A stretch of DNA of 64,000 nt, from positions 96,001 through 160,000 of the forward strand of contig CAVVHS010000009.1 in assembly GCA_963748215.1 (NCBI GenBank), in the 5' to 3' direction. Below the pieces are notes generated by a model. The model ran no database searches and had not been told where the DNA came from. It saw nothing but the letters and a program-made list of their open reading frames with translations. This document shows, one piece after another, positions 38,828-49,317 of the stretch (positions are counted from its first letter, which is position 1; each line of letters starts with the position of its first letter). Source of the stretch: an uncultured Gammaproteobacteria bacterium. GTDB lineage: Bacteria; Pseudomonadota; Gammaproteobacteria; UBA9214. The translations under genes were made by a program, and so were the position numbers.

Positions 38828-39838
38828 ATGATCAACGATCCTGCCAGCGCCTCCGTCTATACCGATTTCAATGGCCTGGCGAAGCTGCGCGCTGCGGCTG
38901 GCCAGCAGTCACCGGGGGCGCTGCGCGAGACCGCGCGCCAGTTCGAGGCCCTGTTCGTCCAGAGCATGCTCAAGGCGATGCGCGAGGCCAGTCCGGGCGA
39001 CGGTATGTTCGACAGTGACCAGTCACAATTCTACCGCGACATCTACGATCGCCAGCTGGCCCTGGAAATGGTCAAGGGTCGCGGCATCGGGATCGCCGAT
39101 ATGCTGGTGAAGAGCCTGGGCGGAGACGCTGAAGCGGTGCCGCACCCTGTGCCCCGGCCGGGAGCGCCGGCGGTTGCGCCGGCTGACCTGGCAGCTACGG
39201 CGCCACTGGTATCGATGAACAGGGCGCATCGGGCGTTGCTGGATATCGACGCGCAGGCAACCCCGCTGATCGAACTGGCAAGCGCGAAGCAGGGGAGCGC
39301 CCGGGTACCTGGCACCGCAAGTGACTGGCGCCCGGGCGATCCGGAGGAATTCATTCGCGACCTGATGCCGTACGCTGAACAGGGTGCGGCGGAACTGGGT
39401 GTGCATCCGGGCGTGATTGTGGCCCAGGCCGCGCTGGAAACCGGCTGGGGGCAGAAAATCATTCGCCATCCGGATGGCCGCAGCAGCTTCAACCTGTTCG
39501 GCATCAAGGCGGATTCGCGCTGGTCAGGGGAAAGGGTGAGCGTGCCGACCCTTGAGTTTGAGGGGGGGGCTGCCGTTAAGAAGCGTGCGGCATTCCGCAG
39601 TTATACCTCGCTGGATGAGGCAGTATCGGGATATGTCGAGTTTTTACGCAGTAACCCGCGCTACCGGCAGGTGCTGGAGCAGGCGGGGGATGCGGATGCC
39701 TACCTGGATGGACTGGAGTCGGCCGGGTATGCGACGGACCCGCAGTATGCGGACAAGATCAGGGACATCATGCGGCGCGATTCGCTCGAATTGCGCCCGG
39801 ATCAGCTGGCACTGTCCGGGGGGCCACCGGGGAGCTGA
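38828..39838 (+). CDS. flgJ: Rod-cap/peptidoglycan hydrolase FlgJ
   Basis: QFEALF..MLKAMR rod-binding domain; AQAALETGWG, NLFGIKA, GYATDP muramidase domain. Confidence 0.95.
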   Translation: MINDPASASVYTDFNGLAKLRAAAGQQSPGALRETARQFEALFVQSMLKAMREASPGDGMFDSDQSQFYRDIYDRQLALEMVKGRGIGIADMLVKSLGGDAEAVPHPVPRPGAPAVAPADLAATAPLVSMNRAHRALLDIDAQATPLIELASAKQGSARVPGTASDWRPGDPEEFIRDLMPYAEQGAAELGVHPGVIVAQAALETGWGQKIIRHPDGRSSFNLFGIKADSRWSGERVSVPTLEFEGGAAVKKRAAFRSYTSLDEAVSGYVEFLRSNPRYRQVLEQAGDADAYLDGLESAGYATDPQYADKIRDIMRRDSLELRPDQLALSGGPPGS

Positions 39839-39875
39839 GTCAGGCGTTTGAGCGAATCAGGGAAGAGGAATAGCC

Positions 39876-41834
39876 ATGAGTAGCGGCTTGTTGGGCATAG
39901 GAAGTTCGGCGCTGTTGAGTTACCAGCGGGCACTGGATACGGTCGGCCATAATGTTGCCAACGTCAATACGCCGGGCTACAGCCGTCAGCGCGTGGAACT
40001 GGCGTCCCGTCCCGGTCAGGGACTGGGCAGCGGTTTCATGGGTGCGGGCGTAGACGTTACGACGATCCGCAGGAACTACGACCAGTTTGTCATCGATGGC
40101 CTGCGTAACAGCAGCGCTTCCTACAGTGAACAGAAAACCCTCGCTACGCTTGCCGGCAATCTGAACAACCTGCTCGCGGATGACACGTCCGGCCTTGGCC
40201 CGGTGCTGGGATCCTTTTTCGATGCCGTGCAGGGTGTGAGTAACGATCCGACATCGACTGCGGCGCGCCAGGTAATGCTGAGCGAGGCTGGAACGCTGGT
40301 GAGCAGCTTCCAGGGCCTGGGTAACTGGATGGAGGGCAACCGCCGCGACCTCAGCGCCCGCATGGACAGCAAGACGCAGGAGATTAACCATCTGGCCGGC
40401 GCCATCGCCACGAGCAACCAGAAAATCATCGAGGCACGCAGCAGTGCCGGCGGCCAACCGCCCAATGACCTGCTGGATGCACGTGACCAGCTGGTGCTGG
40501 AATTGTCAGAGCTTGTCTCGCTGACGACGACTACCCAGGAAGATGGTTCCCTGAACGTATTCATCGGTAGCGGCCAGTCGCTGGTGCTTGGTGTCGAGGC
40601 GAGCGCCATGGGCGTGCTGGCGAATCCCGGTGATCCGGGCCAGTCCGATATTGTCATCGGTGCAAGCGGGCAGCCACCGGTAGTTGTGACCAACCTGATA
40701 AACGGGGGTGAACTGGGTGGCCTGCTGCAGTACCGGAAACAGGTGCTTGATCCGGCAATCAACGGGCTGGGCCGTATCGCGATCGAGCTGGGCACTTTCA
40801 TGAACGAACAGCATCGTTCCGGCATGACCCTGAGCGGCCAGCTTGGCCAGGATGTTTTTGCGGTGGCCGGTCCGCAGCTTGTTGCAGACGCCGGCAATAG
40901 TGGCAGTGTAGCGGTCGCATTTGACGATGTTTCGCAGCTGACTGCAGATGATTTTCGTCTTAAATTCGACGGCAGCAACTGGAGCCTGACGCGCGCGAGT
41001 AGCGGGCAGAATGTGCCACTCGGTGGGACGGGTACCGTTGCAGACCCGTTTGTCGCGGAGGGTATCAGTATTACCCCCGGTGCAGGCGCTGTTGCCGGTG
41101 ACAGTTATACCATACGACCGGTGCGTGACGGTGCCGGCGGGATCGGGCTGCTCATCGGCGATCCGCGTGACCTGGCGCTGGCGGCACCCGTGCGTACTTC
41201 CGCAGCACTTGCAAATGCCGGTACCGGCCAGATCAGTCCCGGCACCGTCACGGATATCAATAACCCGGCCTTCCAGTCGCCGCCGGGCACGCTCTCGCCC
41301 CCCGTGGTGATACGGTTTACCAGCCCGACCAGCTATGAAGTGGTCAATCAATCCACGCTGGGTGTGATCGATGCCGGCGTGTATGACCCGGCCACCGGCG
41401 CCGATGTATTCCCGACCGCCGGCCTGGGCGTGGATTTTGGTTACCGGGTGCGACTGACTGGTAATCCGGCAAGTGGTGATGAATTCAGCATCGCCTTTAA
41501 CAGCGGCGGGGTGGGGGACAATCGCAACGCGCTGTTAATGGCTGACCTGCAGACCGCACGGGTGATGAACGGCGGCAGTGCAGGATTCAATGATGCCTAC
41601 GGCGAAATGGTCGCCGAGGTCGGCACGCGCACGCGGCAGGCGCAGGTCGGCAGCGACGTGCAAATGCAGGTGATGGAGCAGAGCCAGGCGGCATGGGCGT
41701 CGGAATCCGGCGTCAACCTGGATGAAGAAGCAGCCAACCTGCTGCGTTTCCAGCAGGCTTATCAGGCAGCCGCCCAGATTATCTCGGTGTCAGGCACGAT
41801 ATTCGATACGCTGATAAGCGCAGTGAGGAACTAA
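39876..41834 (+). CDS. flgK: Hook-associated protein FlgK
   Basis: GHNVANVNTPGYSRQ, PNDLLDARD, SGVNLDEEAANL. Confidence 0.96.
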   Translation: MSSGLLGIGSSALLSYQRALDTVGHNVANVNTPGYSRQRVELASRPGQGLGSGFMGAGVDVTTIRRNYDQFVIDGLRNSSASYSEQKTLATLAGNLNNLLADDTSGLGPVLGSFFDAVQGVSNDPTSTAARQVMLSEAGTLVSSFQGLGNWMEGNRRDLSARMDSKTQEINHLAGAIATSNQKIIEARSSAGGQPPNDLLDARDQLVLELSELVSLTTTTQEDGSLNVFIGSGQSLVLGVEASAMGVLANPGDPGQSDIVIGASGQPPVVVTNLINGGELGGLLQYRKQVLDPAINGLGRIAIELGTFMNEQHRSGMTLSGQLGQDVFAVAGPQLVADAGNSGSVAVAFDDVSQLTADDFRLKFDGSNWSLTRASSGQNVPLGGTGTVADPFVAEGISITPGAGAVAGDSYTIRPVRDGAGGIGLLIGDPRDLALAAPVRTSAALANAGTGQISPGTVTDINNPAFQSPPGTLSPPVVIRFTSPTSYEVVNQSTLGVIDAGVYDPATGADVFPTAGLGVDFGYRVRLTGNPASGDEFSIAFNSGGVGDNRNALLMADLQTARVMNGGSAGFNDAYGEMVAEVGTRTRQAQVGSDVQMQVMEQSQAAWASESGVNLDEEAANLLRFQQAYQAAAQIISVSGTIFDTLISAVRN

Positions 41835-41835
41835 C

Positions 41836-42741
41836 ATGCGAATCTCGACAGCACAACTGTTTCAGCAGCGCGTGGCGGCCATGCAGAACCAGCAGTCACG
41901 CCTTGCGCATACCGAGCTGCAATTATCGACCGGCAAGCGGCTGGTATCCCCGGCCGACGATCCGGCCGCCAGCCTGCGCAACCTGCAGCTATTTGATTAC
42001 CAGACACAGAATCAGCAGCACATCGAGAACATCAATACGGCGCAGGGTCGCCTGGACCTCGAGGAGGGCGCGCTTGCCTCCGGCGTCAACATCCTGCAAC
42101 GCCTGCGTGAACTGGCGGTGAGCGCAATGAATGCCACGCTTGGCCCCGGCGATCTGCAGGCCATCGAGGTCGAGGCGCGCTCGCTGCTCGATGGCCTGGT
42201 AGCGACGGCCAATACCCGAAATGTCAATGGCGAGTACCTGTTTGCCGGATACCAGGTCAATTCGGAGCCCTTTACTGATAACGGAACCGGCACGGTCGTC
42301 TATAGCGGTGACCAGGGCCGGCAGCAGCTGCAGATCAGTGCCGACCGCAAGCTTACGGTCGCTGATAATGGCGCGGACGTGTTCCTGGGAGTCAATCGCG
42401 CGGCCGGTGGTGTCGGCAGTGTATTTGATATTGCGAATGATTTTGCCAATGCGCTGGCCGCCGGCACGCCGGGTTCGGACAGCCTGACCGATATCGACGC
42501 CGCCATGGACCGGTTGCTGGCAGTTCGTGCAGACGTGGGCAGCCGGCTCCGCATCACCGACGACCAGCGAGACATCAACCAGTCCTATGGCCTGGTTCTC
42601 GAGCGTGAACGCTCGGACCTGGTCGACCTGGATTACACCGAGGCGGTGTCGCGTTTCAACCGTGAGCTGCTGGCTTTTCAGGCCTCCCAGCAGGTGTTCT
42701 CGAAGGTGCAGGAACTGAACCTGTTCAACTTTATCCGCTAG
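41836..42741 (+). CDS. flgL: Hook-associated protein FlgL
   Basis: MRIST, LSTGKR...PADDP, GEYLFAG, DLDYTEA, LFNFI. Confidence 0.95.
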   Translation: MRISTAQLFQQRVAAMQNQQSRLAHTELQLSTGKRLVSPADDPAASLRNLQLFDYQTQNQQHIENINTAQGRLDLEEGALASGVNILQRLRELAVSAMNATLGPGDLQAIEVEARSLLDGLVATANTRNVNGEYLFAGYQVNSEPFTDNGTGTVVYSGDQGRQQLQISADRKLTVADNGADVFLGVNRAAGGVGSVFDIANDFANALAAGTPGSDSLTDIDAAMDRLLAVRADVGSRLRITDDQRDINQSYGLVLERERSDLVDLDYTEAVSRFNRELLAFQASQQVFSKVQELNLFNFIR

Positions 42742-42897
42742 CCCGCATTTCTCACCGGGATAGGCACCGCCCATTGACACACTGTTTCGTGTCGAATGGG
42801 TATTCGTTTCATGGTTTCAACTCTTTAGGTCGTGCCTCGCCGCCCGGTGAGACATCCGGGCTAGCTGTGATTTGTCAGTAGGTTGTTCATCCACGTT

Positions 42898-42924
42898 TCA
42901 AAGACTCCCGCTGGTTGCCGATAC
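42898..42924 (+). promoter_or_regulatory. sigma28 promoter
   Basis: TCAA-N15-GCCGATAC. Confidence 0.75.
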
Positions 42925-42979
42925 AGCAGGCACGGGGCCGCGTTGTGGTCCGTCCATACATGGAATGTGGGGAAAGAAT

Positions 42980-43849
42980 ATGAGTATCTCATCTGTCGGG
43001 AATCATCCGTATACCGGTGCTGTCATGGATCTGCCGGCTACAAAGGAACGCCACGTACATCGCTTGAACAGTGAAGCGATAGCGGCAGAACCCTCCGTCA
43101 AGGCCAATGCCGATGACGAATCCGTCACCCGCGCCGAAAGACACGATCATCACGGGCACGACAGGCATCACGGGCATCACGGCCATCACGGGCATCGCGG
43201 TCACGGGTTCGGCTTTGGTCGTTATGGTATGGGCATGGGCCACGCCATACACGAACAGCTGCGTGCCGCACGCCGGGAGGTTGCCAGCGAGCAGGTCGGT
43301 GAGGCCGTTGTCGACCTGACGACAAAGGTAGCCGAAGTGATCGGGGCCGCAGGGCAGCTGGATGGCATGAATACCGCGCAGGAGAATTTTACTGCCGCGG
43401 TTCAGGATGTGGTGGATCGTTTTGACAGCGGCGAGATCGGACGTCGCGGCGCGATGGCCGGATTCCGTGCCGCCTTCGAGGGTCTTGCCGATGCGGTGCG
43501 TAGCGGCTCCGCGAGCGATGCGTCGGTTACCGAAAATGATGTGCCGGTCGACACTAGCGCCGCGGATGCCAGCGTCGTATCTGACGGCGCGGCAGATCCG
43601 GTTGCGGGGGAGGCGACGGACGGGGAGAGCGGATCCCTGGTCGAAAACCTTGGCCAGGTTTTCAATTCGTTCATGCAGGGTCTGAGATCCGATTTCGCGG
43701 CGCTGGGCGGGATACGATCATTCATGTCGGCAGAAAACCGCGACATGATTCGTCAAACGTTTGTGGGTCTGTACCGCGAACTCGCCGGCCTGAATGCCGG
43801 GGAAGCGGACGTTGATACGGAGGCCGCGGGCGTCGACCAGCTCGCTTGA
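42980..43849 (+). CDS. Hypothetical His-rich acidic protein
   Basis: 289-aa ORF from ATG 42980; HDHHGHDRHHGHHGHHGHRGH tract; sigma28 promoter upstream. Confidence 0.75.
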   Translation: MSISSVGNHPYTGAVMDLPATKERHVHRLNSEAIAAEPSVKANADDESVTRAERHDHHGHDRHHGHHGHHGHRGHGFGFGRYGMGMGHAIHEQLRAARREVASEQVGEAVVDLTTKVAEVIGAAGQLDGMNTAQENFTAAVQDVVDRFDSGEIGRRGAMAGFRAAFEGLADAVRSGSASDASVTENDVPVDTSAADASVVSDGAADPVAGEATDGESGSLVENLGQVFNSFMQGLRSDFAALGGIRSFMSAENRDMIRQTFVGLYRELAGLNAGEADVDTEAAGVDQLA

Positions 43850-43864
43850 ACGGGTGCGGGCCGA

Positions 43865-44230
43865 GGGTATTAATGGTGGCGTCCCTGTCGTGGTGCCTCC
43901 CCCAAACTGACAGGACCACCCCGTGCCGGTCCCCAGTTCGAGTACGAGACTGGACGAAATATCAAGTAGTTGTATTAAGGTGACATCCCTGTCATGCAAC
44001 TTCCTGGCAAGCTTGATTACTCGTTCAGTGTCCTCGAGCTGGTGCGATCACGGGGTTGCGGTATCAATCCGGTTGTAATAGGTGACGTCCCTGTCGTACT
44101 ACTTCCCTGATAAACCGATACACCCAACCTGTACTACGCACTTGCTTCTGACCCGGTCCCGGCTGATGTTTTTTATCGGAATGCCGGTTACGCGGGACTG
44201 GTCCTGCTGCACTCCATCCCCCATGACTTG
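43865..44230 (-). ncRNA. Candidate Csr/Rsm-type (GGA-hairpin) regulatory RNA or RNA array
   Basis: Three repeats GACAGGGAYGYCACC at ~103-nt spacing plus many other GGA motifs on the minus strand; no convincing ORF; boundaries approximate. Confidence 0.5.
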
Positions 44231-44495
44231 AACATCCAATACCAGAATTTACGCGAAGCAATCCGTGACGTGCATGCATAAAGGCATGCGTACGTGGTAT
44301 TGGAAAAAATCGGTGTCTTGGCTGGCGCGCGACTGAAGGCCGCGTGCGGTTGTCACTCAGGGCAGATTTAGGACCCGTAGTTACGGTGGTGACAACTTGA
44401 ACGGAAGTATATAAAAACTGTACGGTATTACAAGCAGTTTTTCATGATTCCGGAATATATTTTGCAGACTGCGCTCTAACTGTTTGTAAACAGCG

Positions 44496-45122
44496 TCAAG
44501 GCAGTTTCAGTAATGCTGTCAGTTCCGGTTCCATTCCCGTGGCCATGCGCGTCTTGGCATATTCTTCATAAGCTTCGACGATCCGCTCGCTCAGCTGCTT
44601 CAGAGACTGGTTGCGCGGGCGGCAGATGCCGTGCAGGAGTAACAGTGCATCGTCCCTGCAAATTCCCTGGCTATGCATCACCAGGCCGAGTGCAACGCTT
44701 ACGATGCCTGATACGTGGACGGCGCGACCGAGGTTGTAGATTTCCCGGGACCGGGATAGCGACGCCTCGATTTCGGCGCTGACCTGACTCGGTGTGAGTG
44801 GCTTGACCAGGTAGCCAAGGGCGCCCAGCTGGGAAGCCGCGGACACGGTCTGGAAATCGTCTGACGCGGTCAGAAAGATGAACGGGATGCCGAACTCGAA
44901 TTTCAGGCGTTTTGCCAGTTCCAGTCCCGAGGTGTCCGGGAGTTCCTGGTCGATGATGGCCAGGTCAAAACGCCGCTTCACACAGGCTGCGATAGCCTCC
45001 TTGCCGTCGCTGGCTGTGTTGATCCTGAAGCGTTCGTTCCTGATGCCCTCGCCGAAGGCGAGCCGGATCACCGGGTCATCGTCCACCAGCAGTATTTCCG
45101 ACTGAGGGTGTTTATGCGCCAT
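44496..45122 (-). CDS. Response regulator with REC and ANTAR-like RNA-binding domain
   Basis: ILLVDDD, IIDQELP, FLTA, GYLVKP; C-terminal VALGLVM..QG....A...L....R.RN.SL..LSERIV. Confidence 0.8.
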   Translation of the reverse strand: MAHKHPQSEILLVDDDPVIRLAFGEGIRNERFRINTASDGKEAIAACVKRRFDLAIIDQELPDTSGLELAKRLKFEFGIPFIFLTASDDFQTVSAASQLGALGYLVKPLTPSQVSAEIEASLSRSREIYNLGRAVHVSGIVSVALGLVMHSQGICRDDALLLLHGICRPRNQSLKQLSERIVEAYEEYAKTRMATGMEPELTALLKLP

Positions 45123-45240
45123 GGCTTGCCTGCGGCATGCCTGAGGGCGGGATGTCATTGGTATGGTGTTTCTGCCTGCACATGTATGTGAATCCATTCG
45201 GTGGCGATAGGTATGACGACAGTCAATGTAAATACTTCAA

Positions 45241-48200
45241 TCAGTGGGCTATTTCAAGGGCGGCATGGTTAATACCGGATTTTATTGCCTGTTCCTGCTG
45301 TAATATTACATTCACACGGCCGTATTCCTGTTCCATCAGATCAACGATTTCCACGGCGCCAAGCGTCGAGCCGCCGCGGCCCAGTCTGTCCAGCCGCTCA
45401 CACAGACCGGCCAGCGCGGCAGCGCCCAGTTGCGCGGAACTGGACTTGAACTTGTGTGCGGTACGGCTTAGTCCCTGTGCATCGCCATGCAGTGCGGCGC
45501 TGCGCAGTTCCTGCATGTGTTGCGGGGCTGTTTGCAGGTACAGGTCGATGATGCGTTCCATGAGACGCTCGCCGTTCTCCATATTGCGATACTCCTCCAG
45601 GCATGCCGGGTTGAATGTCAGGCCCTCCGGCTCGAGAGGTGTGGCAGGAGGCGTTGCCTGCATGGCATTTCCGTCGTGGTCCGGACGGCAACGTGGCAAC
45701 TGGCCGGCAAGCATGGTGTACAAGGCTTCCATTGTCAGCGGCTTGCAGAGGTAATCGTCCATGCCGGCCGCGAGGCACTTGTCGCGTGCGTCGCTCATGG
45801 CATTGGCGGTCAGGGCGACAATCGGAATGTGACGCCCCGGATGCTCCGCCTCACGCGACCGTATTTCACTGGTTGCCCGGTAACCATCCATCACCGGCAT
45901 CTGGCAATCCATCAGGACCAGGTCGAATTCGTTGTTATGCAGCAGTGCCAGGGCACTGGCGCCATCGGCCGCCACGCTAACCTTGCAGCTCATCGACTCC
46001 AGCATATAGGTTGCCACTTCCCGGTTGATCGTATTGTCCTCTACAAGGAGTACATGCGCGGCAAGGGGGGCTGCGCGACGCCAGTCGAACCGGGGCGGGC
46101 TGGGCTCGATTGCGTTAGCCTCGGAGCGAGGCAGGCGGATACTGAACCAGAATTCCGAACCTGCCTCGTTGTCACTGGTTACGCCAATCGTACCTTCCAT
46201 CTGTTGTACCAGTTTTTTGCAAATGGTCAGTCCCAGGCCGCTGCCGCCATAACGACGCGTGGTGGACCCGTCGGCCTGGGAGAACGAGTCGAAGATATAT
46301 TCCTGCGCATCCTTGCTGATGCCGATGCCGGTGTCCGTAACCGAGAATCGCAGGCTGGCGTCCTGTTGGGTGGCATCGTCCGCCTCCACAGAGAGCGTGA
46401 CGCTGCCCGTATGAGTGAACTTGATTGCATTTGCCATGAGATTGTTGATGATCTGGCGCAAACGCGTGGTATCGCCAATCCATGTGCTATGAATGCCAGG
46501 CGCAATTTTGCAATGCAGGGCCAGTCCTTTCCGGGTCGCCTGCTCATGAAACAGCAGACCGGTCTCCATGATCAATTCGTTGATATCAAAGGGTTCCGGA
46601 TTAAGCTGCAACCTGTTTGCCTCTATGCGGGACAGGTCGAGGACGTCGTTGATCAGGCGCAGAAGCAACCTGCCGGATTGCTGTATGCGTGAAGCAAGCT
46701 GGTATTGACGACTGTTCATCCGGCTTTCCAGCAGTAACTCCGACATGCCCAGAATGCCATTCATCGGTGTACGGATTTCGTGGCTCATGGTTGCCAGGAA
46801 TTCACTCTTGGCGCGGTCGCTGGACTCGGCTTTGTCCTTGGCCTCCAGGATTTTTTCCTCGGCCTCGCAGCGATCCGTGATGTCCATGATGATGCCGGTA
46901 TACATCTGTTTGCCGCCGATAAACATGTTACTGACGGCCAGCGATACCGGAAATTCGCTGTTATCCCTGCGGCGCATGACGATCTTTATGTCTTTCTGCA
47001 GGGTGTTATCGACACCGCTGTTCATCAGTTCCGTAAAGGCGACGTAGTATTTATTCTGTTTGCGCTCCGGTACCAGCATAAGGGCATTTTTGCCAATGAC
47101 ATGCCGTGCCTGGTAGCCGAACATCTGTTCCGCGGCGGGATTGAAGCTCTCGATGTTGCCTTCGTCGTCGGTTGTAATGAGTGCGCCGAACATGGTCTCC
47201 ATGATCGTGCGCTGGCGGATTTCACTCTGCTGCAAACGTTGCATGAACAGGTTCTTCGCGTGGCTGGCATTCTCTGCCTGTATTTTCAGTCTGGTCAGCT
47301 GGCCGACCTGGTTACGGACCGCTTGCAGGATAAAACCCACGATGAGCAGGAAGATTGCTGCACTTGAAAACTGCGTTACCAGCAAGTGGTCACGGGCCTT
47401 CGATGTCCGTTCATTGGCGATGGTATCGAGCTGCGCAATGTATTCCTGAACGACAGTTGATGCGCTTGCCAGATTATTGCTCACGCTGTCAGTCAGCGAA
47501 TTGAGCTGGTCATTCAGCCTTACCCGTTCCTGCCGCAACGTGATTCCGCTTGCCAGTACATCATACAAGGGGATATCAACGGTCCCGGTTGTATGGTGCT
47601 GGTTCGGCCCTGCGGTCGTGTATCCAAAAAGCTGCGCGGCAATATTATCGACCAGCGTGACACTCAGGGGTGTCGCCGTGCCGCTATTTGCAGTGAAGGT
47701 GCGGATATGCAGCCTGAGTGCATCAAGCTTGGGTTCCAGCCGGTTCTTTCTTGTTTCAGACAATTCGTGGAGGTTGTCACTCGAGCCCATTGAATCGATG
47801 AGCCTTTCAATATCCGTCAGGTCAGCCAGGATTGTCCCCAGATAGGTGTGGCCGACATTTGGATATTGATTACTGAATGCCAGTTCATTAGACCTGTTGA
47901 TTTGAGTTGTTCTGTCGATAATCTCTCTCAGCGACTGGTTCGACGATGTTGCATTGGCTACTTGCTGTTCAAACGCGTCAAGGCTGTCCCGGACCCTGGC
48001 GAGAGGTCGCTGCATGCCGGCTTCATCCCAGTAAAGAACGTACTGGGTCCGCCAGTTGCGTGCCGAGTAGTGCAGGGCTACAAGACCGGATGCAACCTGG
48101 TTAAGTTCGTCGCTGAGAGGTGTGGTTGAATCTGCACTCAACAGTTTCTGCAAGGTGTGTATGTCGCTGTTGAGTGCGCCTAGCGAGTCGCTTGAGTTGT

Positions 48201-48492
48201 CGTGCGTTTGCTGGTGTTCGGTCTTGTAAAGAATGTTGCTGATGATGGCCCTTGCGTGGCCCAGGTTGTGCTCGATGCTGGCAATGGTATTGCCCACCTG
48301 CATACGATGCCGAAGTATTTGTTCGCGGTCGGTCTCGAGGTCCTCGAAGGCTTTCTGCACGAGCAATGTGGAGATGTAGCCGGCAAGCAGTGCCGTTATT
48401 ACCAGGCCCGTGCAGAGCAACAGGATACGGATGCTTTCCTTGCCCGTAGACTGCATCGTGAAGTCGGTACGGGATGAACCTGCCTGTGTCAT
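45241..48492 (-). CDS. Hybrid sensor histidine kinase (TM-periplasmic-PAS-HisKA-HATPase-REC-HPt)
   Basis: [11 protein letters not shown] (PAS), [39 protein letters not shown] (HPt). Confidence 0.93.
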   Translation of the reverse strand: MTQAGSSRTDFTMQSTGKESIRILLLCTGLVITALLAGYISTLLVQKAFEDLETDREQILRHRMQVGNTIASIEHNLGHARAIISNILYKTEHQQTHDNSSDSLGALNSDIHTLQKLLSADSTTPLSDELNQVASGLVALHYSARNWRTQYVLYWDEAGMQRPLARVRDSLDAFEQQVANATSSNQSLREIIDRTTQINRSNELAFSNQYPNVGHTYLGTILADLTDIERLIDSMGSSDNLHELSETRKNRLEPKLDALRLHIRTFTANSGTATPLSVTLVDNIAAQLFGYTTAGPNQHHTTGTVDIPLYDVLASGITLRQERVRLNDQLNSLTDSVSNNLASASTVVQEYIAQLDTIANERTSKARDHLLVTQFSSAAIFLLIVGFILQAVRNQVGQLTRLKIQAENASHAKNLFMQRLQQSEIRQRTIMETMFGALITTDDEGNIESFNPAAEQMFGYQARHVIGKNALMLVPERKQNKYYVAFTELMNSGVDNTLQKDIKIVMRRRDNSEFPVSLAVSNMFIGGKQMYTGIIMDITDRCEAEEKILEAKDKAESSDRAKSEFLATMSHEIRTPMNGILGMSELLLESRMNSRQYQLASRIQQSGRLLLRLINDVLDLSRIEANRLQLNPEPFDINELIMETGLLFHEQATRKGLALHCKIAPGIHSTWIGDTTRLRQIINNLMANAIKFTHTGSVTLSVEADDATQQDASLRFSVTDTGIGISKDAQEYIFDSFSQADGSTTRRYGGSGLGLTICKKLVQQMEGTIGVTSDNEAGSEFWFSIRLPRSEANAIEPSPPRFDWRRAAPLAAHVLLVEDNTINREVATYMLESMSCKVSVAADGASALALLHNNEFDLVLMDCQMPVMDGYRATSEIRSREAEHPGRHIPIVALTANAMSDARDKCLAAGMDDYLCKPLTMEALYTMLAGQLPRCRPDHDGNAMQATPPATPLEPEGLTFNPACLEEYRNMENGERLMERIIDLYLQTAPQHMQELRSAALHGDAQGLSRTAHKFKSSSAQLGAAALAGLCERLDRLGRGGSTLGAVEIVDLMEQEYGRVNVILQQEQAIKSGINHAALEIAH

Positions 48493-48873
48493 GCACTGAT
48501 TCCGGTCGTTACCGTGACTGTGGTGGACGCTATCTTACTTGATCCGGCAGCGGGGTAGAAAGGTTGATGCCAGTGATGACTTCATCTGTGCAATGTTGCA
48601 GGTCTGCCAGTGGTGGTTGTGCTGGAGATTGATATATTGCTGATTCACAAAAACATTACAGCATGTCGGGACAATCCGCGCGGTGCTGAACATTCATGTA
48701 ATATAGCTAAGCTTGGCGGGCCACACCGGCCGGGCAAGCCCCTTCAGATCACGGAGTCGGTGGTGTTGCCGAGAGCCGAATGAACCTAAGTGCATTTCGC
48801 GTCCGGTCTGCTGCACGGCGACTCAGGTTCAACATCGCAATGGCTTTCGACTATTCCTGGAGAAATACATTAA

Positions 48874-49275
48874 ATGAATCAACTTACCGAGCAAGACCGC
48901 CTTGATCTTGGCCGTCTTGTCATCAATACGCTTGATGACTGGGGCATCAATTCCGCTGACCAGGTTGTCATACTGGCCTTGCCGGGCAAGGTATCGGGAC
49001 GTCACCTGCGTCGCTACCAGGATGATACGCCGCTGCCCGATGACCCCGAGGTGCTCAAGCGTGTCGAGCATCTGCTCGGTATTGCCGATGCCTTGCGTAC
49101 CACTTTCCCGCGTAATGAGAAGATAGCCGTGATCTGGCTGGCGCAGCCCTGCAGGAGACTGCGTCGCCGCCGCCCGGTCGATATCATGCTGGAAGACGGC
49201 CTCAGCGGCCTGATAACGGTACGTACCCACCTCGACTGTTCCTTTGCCTGGCGTGAATCAGAGCGTACTGACTGA
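48874..49275 (+). CDS. Xre/MbcA/ParS (DUF2384)-like antitoxin-family protein
   Basis: LDDWGI...Q..ILAL, RVEHLLGI..AL...F, WL..P......RP.D.M...G..GL..VR..LD. Confidence 0.7.
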   Translation: MNQLTEQDRLDLGRLVINTLDDWGINSADQVVILALPGKVSGRHLRRYQDDTPLPDDPEVLKRVEHLLGIADALRTTFPRNEKIAVIWLAQPCRRLRRRRPVDIMLEDGLSGLITVRTHLDCSFAWRESERTD

Positions 49276-49317
49276 AACGAGAATGGTCGGATGTGAGGCC
49301 GGAACCGGATCAATATA

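Noticed and set aside
39562-39569. G8 homopolymer in flgJ as a phase-variation tract
   Set aside because: Short, in frame (E-G-G) and the gene is intact.
42980-43849. Gene after flgL read as flagellin
   Set aside because: Lacks the conserved flagellin N- and C-terminal motifs.
43865-44115. Three spaced repeats read as a CRISPR array
   Set aside because: Only three divergent repeats, ~65-nt spacers and no cas genes; GGA-hairpin RNA motifs explain them better.
48541-48567. Possible sigma28 promoter for the hybrid kinase (TCAA-N15-GCCGGATC, minus strand)
   Set aside because: The -10 element matches the consensus too weakly to call.
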